Below are positions 17,391 through 26,276 of a stretch of 38,854 nucleotides of DNA, piece after piece; position 1 is the stretch's first letter; every line of letters begins with the position of its first letter. The notes below the pieces were generated by a model. That model saw nothing but the letters and a program-made list of their open reading frames with translations. It had not been told where the DNA came from and searched no databases. This DNA comes from Minisyncoccia bacterium (GTDB taxonomy: Bacteria > Patescibacteriota > Minisyncoccia > Phycocordibacterales > GWA1-40-21): the NCBI GenBank assembly GCA_044346845.1, contig JBIIYK010000003.1, positions 1 through 38,854 of the forward strand. The letters are read 5' to 3'. Made by a program: the position numbers and the translations under genes.

Positions 17391-19019
17391 ATGATGAAAT
17401 CTAAATTAAACTTAAAGAAATTAATAATCTTAGTTATTTTCTTAATCTCTTCGTCTATAAGTCAACTAGCTATTGCTGACCTACCCGTGGAAGATTCTGT
17501 GGTACGAGATAACACTAGCGCTATAAAAGCAGCGACGGATGCAATAAACAGGACGACTGAAGGAATAAAGACAGCGGTAGATAGTATAAATAAAAATACT
17601 GAAGGGCTTAAAACAGACAGTGAGACCTTGGTGGCTAACACAGACGAGATAGCCTCTATTTTAGCTGGTGATAAACCGGGCGCCCAGTATGATAATATTC
17701 AAGCTGGAAAAACGCTAGTGGAAATTAAACTTCTTTTAAGAAAACTAACTGACAGCATTGCTACGTTTGCCAAAAGTGGTTTTGAAGGAAATCCAGCTTT
17801 TATTACTAATACCGGTGTATATCTGCAAAAAACTGAAGACGTAACAATTAACAATTTTATAACCGGTAATTCTCTTGATTCTGTTTGTCCATCCTTTAAA
17901 ACTTCAGTTAAACAAGCTGTGGGGGATAACTATACTACTTTTGATAAAAAAATTGCCTGTACTATCACAGACCCAGTGACGTTAAGTAATGACAACTTTA
18001 TTGAAAGCGGTGGCTGGCCTACTTTTGTAGAAAGAAACACCAAACCACAGAACAATGTTATGGGGGCAACTTATCTGGCCCAAATGGAATTAGACCGCCG
18101 GGTTGGAGAGAGCCGAACAAATGCCCAACTTGAAGCTTCCTGGGGAGGTGGTTTCAAATCTTGGAAAGATTGCTCTGATATAGCCAATGCTGATTATAGC
18201 CGTGGTTATGACGGCTGTGTAATAAAAACCCCAGGGTCAGTGATTCTTAATAAGGTAAACTGGGCGGATACAGCTTCAGTCAGAGAGTTGGAACTGGCTG
18301 ACAACTTTAACACCATAACCTACGTTGCTAGCCAAAGTGTCTACAGTTATTCTTCATTGGGATCCCTTTCCTCTTCTGGTTCAGGTGGTGGAGGTCTTTT
18401 GGGTTCAAACACCTCTTCAGTAAGTGCTTCTAGTAGAAATGATATATATAACCGTTACAAAGAATATTTATGCACCCTAAACCCAAGTTATTGTGATAAC
18501 AACCCTAATCCAATTGTTAACCGGGAGACAGCCATAACTATGATTAATTATAAAATCAATACGGAAACGAACTATCTAGCTGCTCAAAACAATATTCTGA
18601 ACTTATTAAACACCACTAGACAGACCTTTGCTTCTTCAACAATTTCTTCTCCCACCTGCCCTTCTTTAATTATAGACGGAATAGTTGCACAGATTGATGG
18701 AACCGCCACTGGAACTAAAACATTAATTTGGAACAAACTTGATGTCTTATCCACAATTAACACCATCTCTCTTAATCTTACCGCCTTAAATAACGCCAAG
18801 ACAGCCCTAGGTAATCCAGGTCTAACTGACCCGCAAATAGTACAGATCTACCAAAATGCTATCACGCGTGGCAATTTAAGTACTGAGGCAGATGTGGTCT
18901 CTTTCACTGTCGGCGTAAAATATATAGCCATCAAAACCTGGATCCAGGACAAAGTTACCGCTTACAAAACAGCCTGCACCCTTAATACAAGTCCGTTTTC
19001 CACTTGGGGGATAGAGTAG
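17391..19019 (+). CDS. Secreted protein of the T4SS-like cluster (possible VirB5/TrbJ-like)
   Basis: Signal peptide followed by LPVED (PVxD, as at the mature N-terminus of VirB5/TrbJ), a coiled coil and several paired Cys. Sits immediately upstream of the VirB6-like gene. The VirB5 call is inference. Confidence 0.6.
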   Translation: MMKSKLNLKKLIILVIFLISSSISQLAIADLPVEDSVVRDNTSAIKAATDAINRTTEGIKTAVDSINKNTEGLKTDSETLVANTDEIASILAGDKPGAQYDNIQAGKTLVEIKLLLRKLTDSIATFAKSGFEGNPAFITNTGVYLQKTEDVTINNFITGNSLDSVCPSFKTSVKQAVGDNYTTFDKKIACTITDPVTLSNDNFIESGGWPTFVERNTKPQNNVMGATYLAQMELDRRVGESRTNAQLEASWGGGFKSWKDCSDIANADYSRGYDGCVIKTPGSVILNKVNWADTASVRELELADNFNTITYVASQSVYSYSSLGSLSSSGSGGGGLLGSNTSSVSASSRNDIYNRYKEYLCTLNPSYCDNNPNPIVNRETAITMINYKINTETNYLAAQNNILNLLNTTRQTFASSTISSPTCPSLIIDGIVAQIDGTATGTKTLIWNKLDVLSTINTISLNLTALNNAKTALGNPGLTDPQIVQIYQNAITRGNLSTEADVVSFTVGVKYIAIKTWIQDKVTAYKTACTLNTSPFSTWGIE

Positions 19020-19061
19020 CTAGTAGATTTTAAAGTTTTTTTAAGCTAAAATAAAGTTTGA

Positions 19062-21131
19062 ATGAAGAAAATTTCTTCGAAAATTATCGTATATCTATTG
19101 CTTGCAATTTTCCTATGGACAGGAGCAGGAACTTTTGGAACACCCCTGGCGCATGCAGGGTGGTTCTCCGACACCGCGCAAGACTTTGTAATGGGCCTTA
19201 ATGGAGCCATATTACAGATGCTTGCCATTCCATTGTTTTCAATAATTCTAAGAATAACCGCAGCGATACTGGATATGTCTATTAATTTTACTCTTTCTAC
19301 TGAGATTTTTAAAAATTCAGCACTGGGGGTGAATACAATCTGGGCTATGATTAGAGACGTTTGTAATATTACCTTTATTTTTATTCTTCTCTGGACAGCT
19401 ATTCAAACAATTGTTGGTGTAGCTGGAGCAAAAACAAAAGAAGTTATTGCTCATGTTGTTGTTGCCGCTTTATTAATTAATTTTAGTCTTTTCCTAACCA
19501 GGCTCGTTATTGACTTTGGTAATATGTTTGGTGTTTCTTTATATAACCAAATTATGAGCACTGACCCAACAGGGCAAGCTAGTCTTAGTGCAATATTAAT
19601 GAGTAAACTGGGTATATCGATAGTGTCTGGCCATGCTGAAGCGGCGGCGGTTGGAGGGGGTATATTAAAAACCGAATACGGCATAACTTCTTGGTTACAA
19701 CTGGTGACAATCATAACTGCCTTTTTGGTTTTTCTATATGCTATGTTGCTAATGGTTGTGAGAAGCGTGGTCTTAATATTCCTTGTGGCCATATCACCAA
19801 TTGGTTTTATGGGAGACGTTTTACCCAAATTCAAGGAATACTCAGAAACGTGGCGCACGACCCTCTATGGGCAAGTGATGATTGCTCCTACCTTTCTTCT
19901 CTTTCTTTATTTAATAGTAAAAGTTGGTGACAGCTTTAACTCTAACACTGGTACTCCACTAGGAAATAGTGACACACTTAAATATTTGGCATATTTCAAA
20001 TATGTGATGATAATTACATTATTAATTATTGCTGTTAAAGTAACTAAAAAAATGACCGGGGCTGTTGGCTCTGCTATAGAAAAATTTGGAATGCTGGCTG
20101 TCGGTGCCGCTGTTGGTGTGGCTTCTGGTGGAGCAGCCTTAGCACTAAGACAATCCTTAGGTAGATGGAGTGGCAACCAACTCGAAGGCGAAAAAGGTGC
20201 TAATTTAAGAGCTAGAGCAGCCTCTGGAGATAAAGGCGCAAGAATAAAATTAGCTATGCTTGAAAAAGGTAAAAATAGTTCATTTGATGCAAGAAATGCT
20301 CCAGGTGCTAGCCTGGCAAGTAAGGCAGCTGGTATGGTTGGTGGCAGTTTGGGAGTAAAAGTGCCTACTGCAGGTACACCAGGTCAAGCATTTAAGACCG
20401 CATCCGCAATACCATTCGTTGGAACTACCTTAGGAAGACTCGGTGGAACAACGACAGAGATTAAAGCGGCAGAACAAGAAGCTGAAAATAAGAGATATAA
20501 TGATCTAAACGCGAGTGTCACAAACAAACAAAAATTGGCAGCCAATGAAGCAGTTCAAATCAGAGACGCGGTAGTAAAAACAAGACTAGCCGCTGACGCC
20601 AGATATTCTGGTCCAACAGGAGCTAAGACCAAAAAAGATGGCTTATTAAACGTTGAGGCCCAGATGCCTACCCACGTTGAGTGGGAAAACGTGAAGAGAG
20701 ATCACGCCATTGCTCTTGCCCAACAGACAGCAGCGGTAACATCAGGTAATGCTAAAGATATTGCAGATGCAAACAGAAACGTCAATGCTGCAGAAAGAAC
20801 CATGAAGGGCAAAGAAAAAGAGTTGCAGGAAGAACTTAAGAAGAAATACGCAGGTGAAATAGCAGAATTAGATGAACAAATAAAAGCAATAAAAACTCAG
20901 ACAGAAGTGGATGTCGAAAAAGATACGGCAATAATAACTCCAGATCAAAGGCAGAAACTAGATGTTATAAATAAGGCAAGAAATTATGCAGCTTCAGTCC
21001 GAGCTGGTAGATTAGGCCATCCTGGCGGTATTTCATCAATGGCTAGCGGGACAAGGTTGGATATTAGGAGGGAAAGGCGTGAAGAATTAGCAAATAAGAT
21101 GGAGAATCAGCGCGAAGAAAAAATAAAATAA
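19062..21131 (+). CDS. VirB6/TrbL-like polytopic membrane protein
   Basis: About 7-8 TM segments with WxMIRDxxN, AALLINFSLFLTRLVID and RxVxLIFLVAISPIGF, then a Gly/Ala-rich linker and coiled-coil tail. This is TrbL-like architecture. Confidence 0.72.
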   Translation: MKKISSKIIVYLLLAIFLWTGAGTFGTPLAHAGWFSDTAQDFVMGLNGAILQMLAIPLFSIILRITAAILDMSINFTLSTEIFKNSALGVNTIWAMIRDVCNITFIFILLWTAIQTIVGVAGAKTKEVIAHVVVAALLINFSLFLTRLVIDFGNMFGVSLYNQIMSTDPTGQASLSAILMSKLGISIVSGHAEAAAVGGGILKTEYGITSWLQLVTIITAFLVFLYAMLLMVVRSVVLIFLVAISPIGFMGDVLPKFKEYSETWRTTLYGQVMIAPTFLLFLYLIVKVGDSFNSNTGTPLGNSDTLKYLAYFKYVMIITLLIIAVKVTKKMTGAVGSAIEKFGMLAVGAAVGVASGGAALALRQSLGRWSGNQLEGEKGANLRARAASGDKGARIKLAMLEKGKNSSFDARNAPGASLASKAAGMVGGSLGVKVPTAGTPGQAFKTASAIPFVGTTLGRLGGTTTEIKAAEQEAENKRYNDLNASVTNKQKLAANEAVQIRDAVVKTRLAADARYSGPTGAKTKKDGLLNVEAQMPTHVEWENVKRDHAIALAQQTAAVTSGNAKDIADANRNVNAAERTMKGKEKELQEELKKKYAGEIAELDEQIKAIKTQTEVDVEKDTAIITPDQRQKLDVINKARNYAASVRAGRLGHPGGISSMASGTRLDIRRERREELANKMENQREEKIK

Positions 21132-21132
21132 T

Positions 21133-21903
21133 ATGCAAAACCCAAAAACAACTCAGGAAATAATAGATGAGCAAGTTAAAAAACTACCTAAAGAAGTAAG
21201 AGATGCAATTGTTTCAGTGGATTATAATACAAAACTTGAAGAAATCTATAAGAGACAAAAGTTGTTAATTGATCAATCGGCTAAACTTGAAATGGAAACT
21301 TCTCTAGTAATGATTGGTCTAGAGCCAATAACTTTGTATACAGAAAATTTACAGAGAGAATTAAATCTACCAATAATGCGAGTTAAAGAAATAGCAATGG
21401 ACGTCAATGAACATATTTTCAAACCAATTCGTGATTCATTGCAAAAAATGAGTGAGGGGTTGTTTGAAGAAGAAAATACTAATGAGAACAAGGGTACTGA
21501 ACCAGGCGTAAAGTCCACTACTGCTGAAGACATAGATTTGGATCGAGATCAAATTTTAAATGAAATTGAAAATCCAGCTACTATTGATAAGGGGGATAGA
21601 ACCATGGCCTTTACTCAATCAAACCCTCCACACGCTAATCCGATCAAGACTACTGAATTAGAGATAAGACCAGAACAAGAAATTGAAATTATTCCAGGAG
21701 AGGAAGCAAAGGACGTTAAAGCAGAAGTAAAAAAAGAGGAGAAACCCGTCCAGAAAAATATAGATGTAGTTCAATCTAAAATGTCCGGCCCCACCGTAAC
21801 CTCACAACAAATTATTGACGTTAAACCAGAAATAAAATTACCTGAGATAGAAAAAAAGAGACCAACCAGCGGGATAGATCCTTATCGTGAACCTTTAATA
21901 TAA
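21133..21903 (+). CDS. Conserved hypothetical cytoplasmic protein with C-terminal DPYREP motif
   Basis: Helical N domain (LPKEVRDAI...IFKPIR), acidic/Pro linker, ends DPYREPLI. Its stop abuts the prgI start (TAAATG). Confidence 0.8.
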   Translation: MQNPKTTQEIIDEQVKKLPKEVRDAIVSVDYNTKLEEIYKRQKLLIDQSAKLEMETSLVMIGLEPITLYTENLQRELNLPIMRVKEIAMDVNEHIFKPIRDSLQKMSEGLFEEENTNENKGTEPGVKSTTAEDIDLDRDQILNEIENPATIDKGDRTMAFTQSNPPHANPIKTTELEIRPEQEIEIIPGEEAKDVKAEVKKEEKPVQKNIDVVQSKMSGPTVTSQQIIDVKPEIKLPEIEKKRPTSGIDPYREPLI

Positions 21904-22326
21904 ATGAGATTTCAAGTTCCACAATTTATAGACATTGAAGATAAGATATTTGGTCCATTAACCATCAAACAATTTGTGTATATTGCCGGTGGGGCAGGTC
22001 TGGCTTTTATCTTGTTCCGGGCTATTCCTTTTGTTGTTATTTCTATCCCTTTAATGCTTTTGGTGATTATCTTTTCTCTAGCCCTGGCCTTCTATCAGGT
22101 AAATAACAAACCTTTGCTTAACATGATCCAAAGCGCTTTTGGTTATGCCATTTCCAGCAAATTATATCTATGGAAGAAAAGTGATAAATCTCCAGAAAAA
22201 ACTCCTCAAGCCGTCACTAGCCAAGCCCCCATCTATGTTCCAAAATTATCACAAAGTAAATTACATGATCTAACCTGGAGTCTTGATATAAAAGAAAGCT
22301 TGGATTCTACCACCAAGGAAAAATAA
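21904..22326 (+). CDS. prgI: PrgI family (VirB3-like) membrane protein
   Basis: Signature MRFQVPQFIDIEDKIFGPLTIKQF followed by two TM helices. Confidence 0.88.
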   Translation: MRFQVPQFIDIEDKIFGPLTIKQFVYIAGGAGLAFILFRAIPFVVISIPLMLLVIIFSLALAFYQVNNKPLLNMIQSAFGYAISSKLYLWKKSDKSPEKTPQAVTSQAPIYVPKLSQSKLHDLTWSLDIKESLDSTTKEK

Positions 22327-22375
22327 AGATGGTTTTTTTAGCTAAAAAGAGGGAATTAAGTTATAATAAAACAGT

Positions 22376-23008
22376 ATGGCCGTATCAAAAACAACTCAAG
22401 AATTTGTTCCTATAAAAGAAGTTCGTGATGGAATAATAATAATGAAAGACGGCTCAATGCGAGCGATTGTTTTATCCTCCTCCTTAAACTTTGCCCTAAA
22501 ATCTAGCGATGAACAAGAGGCAATTATTTATCAATTCCAAAACTTCTTAAATTCCTTAGATTTTTCTGTTCAAATCTCCATTCAATCTAGAGAGCTAGAC
22601 ATTAGACCATATTTAAATACCCTAGAAAAACGCTACACGGAGGAGGTTAATGATTTATTAAAAATTCAAATAAAAGAATACCTCCAGTTCGTCAGAAACT
22701 TTACTGAGACCCAAAATATCATGACTAAAACATTTTTTATAGTTATTCCCTTTAACGCTACCCTACTAAACTCCAAATCTAGTGGCGGAATTGGCGGAAT
22801 TTTTAGTTCCACCAAAGGTTCAACCACTCAAGCCAAGGCAGATAATTTTGAAGAAAACAGAACACAGCTAGAACAAAGAGTTTCCGTTATTCAACAAGGT
22901 TTATTACGTTGTGGTGTCCGTAGCGTCAGTCTAGGAACAGAAGAGGCAATTGAGTTGTTTTACAAGCTATTTAATCCTGGTGACACAGAGAAAGCGATTA
23001 AAATTTAA
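22376..23008 (+). CDS. TraC/VirB4 N-terminal-like protein
   Basis: IKEVRDGIIIMKDG, NFALKSxDEQEAII, FQNFLNSLDFSVQI and LYKLFNP-like end. Resembles the N-terminal region of monoderm VirB4 (PrgJ/TcpF) proteins. No Walker motifs. Confidence 0.7.
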   Translation: MAVSKTTQEFVPIKEVRDGIIIMKDGSMRAIVLSSSLNFALKSSDEQEAIIYQFQNFLNSLDFSVQISIQSRELDIRPYLNTLEKRYTEEVNDLLKIQIKEYLQFVRNFTETQNIMTKTFFIVIPFNATLLNSKSSGGIGGIFSSTKGSTTQAKADNFEENRTQLEQRVSVIQQGLLRCGVRSVSLGTEEAIELFYKLFNPGDTEKAIKI

Positions 23009-23013
23009 AATGT

Positions 23014-24831
23014 ATGGGTATATTTGATTTTATAAAAAAGAAAAAGGAAAGCGAACCATCACTCACATCTTTCTTACCCCAAGAAATATACGAGAGCGGT
23101 GTTTTAGAGTTACAAGACATCATTGCTCCCTCAGCCTTAAAAGTAACACCCAACCAAATAAATTTGGGAGAGAAAATAGCCAGAACATTCTTTGTTATTT
23201 CTTATCCTCGTTTTTTAACTGAGAGCTGGTTTGCTCCCATTATAAACTTAGATAAAGTTTTTAATATTTCAATTTTTATTCACCCCATTGAAACAGTAAA
23301 GGTTCTCCGCCAATTTCAAAAAAAGGTGGCTGAAGTTCAAAGCCAAATCAACGCCAGAGAAAGTAGGGGATTAGTTCGTGATCCCATCTTGGATACTGCC
23401 TATCAAGATTTGGAGTCTTTGAGAGACAATCTACAACAAGCCCAAGAAAAACTTTTTGATGTTGGGGTTTATATTACTATCTATGGTAAAAACGAAGAAG
23501 AATTAGAAAATTTGGAAAAGGAAATAAAATCCGTTCTAGAATCAAGGTTAGTATACTTGAAGCCGGCTCTTTTCCAACAAGAACAAGGCTACAAGAGCAT
23601 TTTACCAATAGCCACAGATGAATTGAACGTTCACTCTAAATTAAATTCTTCTCCTTTATCTAGCATTTTCCCTTTTGTCTCATTTGACCTTACTTCAGAT
23701 AAAGGTATTCTCTACGGTATAAACCGCCACAATAATAGCTTGGTGCTTTTTGACAGGTTCTCCCTTGATAACTACAACTCGGTAACTTTTGCTAAATCTG
23801 GTTCAGGTAAAAGCTACTGCACCAAATTAGAGATTCTTCGTTCTCTTATGTTTGAAATTGAAGTGATTGTTATTGATCCTGAAAAGGAATACAAATATTT
23901 GGCTGAGGCGGTGGGTGGTAAAAACTTTGATATCTCTTTAAACTCAGACAATCATATCAATCCGTTTGATTTACCAGTGGCCCGTGAAGATGAATCTCCC
24001 GCTGACGTTCTACGTTCAAACATCATAAACCTAGTTGGCCTTTTCCGTATTATGTTTGACGGACTATCCCCAGAAGAAGACGCTATTGTTGACCGAGCCA
24101 TCAGTGAAACCTACGCCTTGAAGGACATAACTCCAGAATCTGACTTTGCCAACCTAGAACCACCCCTACTTTCTGACTTTGAATTAGTACTTTCTGGAAT
24201 GGAAGGAGCGGAAGGATTGGTTCAAAAACTTTCCAAGTATACTCGTGGATCTTGGGCCGGCTTTATAAACAGACCAACAAACGTTGATATTAATGCCAAA
24301 TTAGTAGTATTTTCCATTCGTGATATGGAAGATGATCTTAAGCCGGTAGCTATGTATATTATTACTCACTATATCTGGACAGCCGTTAGAAAAGAGCTTA
24401 AAAAAAGACTACTAGTGATTGATGAGGCTTGGTGGATGATGAAATCTGAAGACACAGCTTCTTTCTTGTTCAGTTTAGCCAAAAGAGGTAGAAAATACTT
24501 TCTTGGTTTGGCCACTATTACCCAGGACGTAGATGATTTCTTACGCTCTCCATATGGTTTACCAATCCTCACAAACTCTTCCATCCAAATTCTCTTAAAA
24601 CAAAGCCCCTCAACAGTAGATAACCTACAAAAAATATTCAACTTAACAGATGAGGAAAAATTTCTACTCCTAGAGTCAGATGTTGGGGAAGGCTTATTCT
24701 TTGTTGGACAAAAACATGTTGCCATTAAGGTTATCGCTTCTTATACTGAGGATCAAATCATGACGTCTGACCCATCTCAACTATTATCTATAAAGAGGGC
24801 CCGAGAAGAACTGGAACAAAGCAACCAATAA
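23014..24831 (+). CDS. virB4: VirB4-like type IV secretion ATPase
   Basis: GILYGIN, Walker A AKSGSGKS, VIDPEKEY, INPFD, Walker B LLVIDEAW, KRGRKY, TQDVDDF, GEGLFF. Confidence 0.93.
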   Translation: MGIFDFIKKKKESEPSLTSFLPQEIYESGVLELQDIIAPSALKVTPNQINLGEKIARTFFVISYPRFLTESWFAPIINLDKVFNISIFIHPIETVKVLRQFQKKVAEVQSQINARESRGLVRDPILDTAYQDLESLRDNLQQAQEKLFDVGVYITIYGKNEEELENLEKEIKSVLESRLVYLKPALFQQEQGYKSILPIATDELNVHSKLNSSPLSSIFPFVSFDLTSDKGILYGINRHNNSLVLFDRFSLDNYNSVTFAKSGSGKSYCTKLEILRSLMFEIEVIVIDPEKEYKYLAEAVGGKNFDISLNSDNHINPFDLPVAREDESPADVLRSNIINLVGLFRIMFDGLSPEEDAIVDRAISETYALKDITPESDFANLEPPLLSDFELVLSGMEGAEGLVQKLSKYTRGSWAGFINRPTNVDINAKLVVFSIRDMEDDLKPVAMYIITHYIWTAVRKELKKRLLVIDEAWWMMKSEDTASFLFSLAKRGRKYFLGLATITQDVDDFLRSPYGLPILTNSSIQILLKQSPSTVDNLQKIFNLTDEEKFLLLESDVGEGLFFVGQKHVAIKVIASYTEDQIMTSDPSQLLSIKRAREELEQSNQ

Positions 24832-24874
24832 AACGGTTTCAACTAAAAATGGTTTATGTTATAATTTGTCTGGT

Positions 24875-25879
24875 ATGAAAATAAAGAAAATTTTTGTTTA
24901 CCTGCTGGTACTATTCATTTTGACAGCTTTTTCTCCTTCTCTTTCTTTTAGCCAAACAACTCAGGCTGGTAATTTTTTAGAGATATCTATGGTCCCAGAA
25001 AACCCAGAGCCATTACAGGGTGTTAAACTTACTCTAAAAAGCTCTGCTTATGATTTAAATCGCTCAACTATAACCTGGTCTGTTGATAATAAGGTGAAGG
25101 GGACAAATATTGGCCTAAAAGAACTAAACATCCTGGCTGGTAAAAATGGACAAAAAACTAACATAAAAGTCTCCGTCAAAACACCAAATGATGGAGAAAA
25201 GACCCTTGAGGCCTTCTTCATTCCTTCGCTGGTTGATTTAATTTACGAAACTCACTCTTATGTTCCTCCCTTTTATAAAGGTAAGTCCTTAAATCCTAAT
25301 CAGGGCGTGGTTTCTGTGACCGCCATCCCAGAGTTAATTAACAACCAAGGGGTAAGAATCCCAACTCAAAATATTCTCTATTCCTGGAAGAAAGACGGGG
25401 AAGTCCAAGAATCTTCTTCAGGAGTTGGTAAAAACACCTTCACCTTTAATGGAACCCTGCCAATCAGAGACGTCATTATTTCCGTGAATGCTTCATCTTT
25501 AGACGGAAATATCTACGCAGCCAAACAAATAAAAATCACCAGCATTTACCCAAAAGTAATATTTTATGAAAACCATCCACTCTACGGTCTTATGTTTAAC
25601 CAAGCTATTAAAAACACCGTTAAAATGACGGAGGCTGAATTTAGTGTTTTAGCTATACCTTACTTTTTTAGTACTGGCTATGCTAATAATCCCGACATAG
25701 AATATAACTGGAGGATGAACGAAAACTCTCTTCTGAATCAGGAACCAAGAAACGCTTTTACGGCCAAAATTGAGAACACTTTATCTGGCACGGCGGGTAT
25801 TAGTCTAAAAACTAGCGACATAAACAGACCTTTCCAATATAGTAGCAGTAGCTTCGTTATAAACTTTCAAAAAAGATAA
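24875..25879 (+). CDS. Secreted beta-rich (Ig/PKD-like) hypothetical protein
   Basis: Signal peptide, three beta-sandwich-like units with (Y/I)xW motifs, YVPPFYKGK motif. ATG 24875 follows TGTTATAAT. Confidence 0.75.
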   Translation: MKIKKIFVYLLVLFILTAFSPSLSFSQTTQAGNFLEISMVPENPEPLQGVKLTLKSSAYDLNRSTITWSVDNKVKGTNIGLKELNILAGKNGQKTNIKVSVKTPNDGEKTLEAFFIPSLVDLIYETHSYVPPFYKGKSLNPNQGVVSVTAIPELINNQGVRIPTQNILYSWKKDGEVQESSSGVGKNTFTFNGTLPIRDVIISVNASSLDGNIYAAKQIKITSIYPKVIFYENHPLYGLMFNQAIKNTVKMTEAEFSVLAIPYFFSTGYANNPDIEYNWRMNENSLLNQEPRNAFTAKIENTLSGTAGISLKTSDINRPFQYSSSSFVINFQKR

Positions 25880-26272
25880 ATGAAATACTTTATAAATAAA
25901 TTATTTATATTCAGTGCTGGGACTTTTTTCCTTCGGTCTGTATTTTACCCAATAATTTCCTTGGCGGCAGAAAAAATAGAATATACCGCCCTGGAAAAGG
26001 AGGCGTTTGAAGGCTTTACAACCAACAGCGGTGGTGGCCAATTGAGTGATTTTTTATCACAATCTTTCAGTTTTGGGTTAGCTTTGGCGGTGGCCTTAAC
26101 GGTTATAATGATTGTTTGGGGCGGGCTCGAAATAATGCTATCAGAATCCGTTTTTAATAAAGAAGCTGGCAAAAAAAAGATAAACGAAGCTCTTTTAGGT
26201 CTAGGTTTAGCTCTTGTATCATGGCTTATTCTATACATCATAAACCCAGAGATCTTAAATTTTAAAATATAA
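25880..26272 (+). CDS. VirB2/TrbC-like T4SS pilin
   Basis: Signal region, then two hydrophobic helices separated by a short charged loop (LAVALTVIMIVWGG...GKKKINEALLGLGLALVSWLILYIINP). This is the T4SS pilin pattern. Confidence 0.8.
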   Translation: MKYFINKLFIFSAGTFFLRSVFYPIISLAAEKIEYTALEKEAFEGFTTNSGGGQLSDFLSQSFSFGLALAVALTVIMIVWGGLEIMLSESVFNKEAGKKKINEALLGLGLALVSWLILYIINPEILNFKI

Positions 26273-26276
26273 AAGT

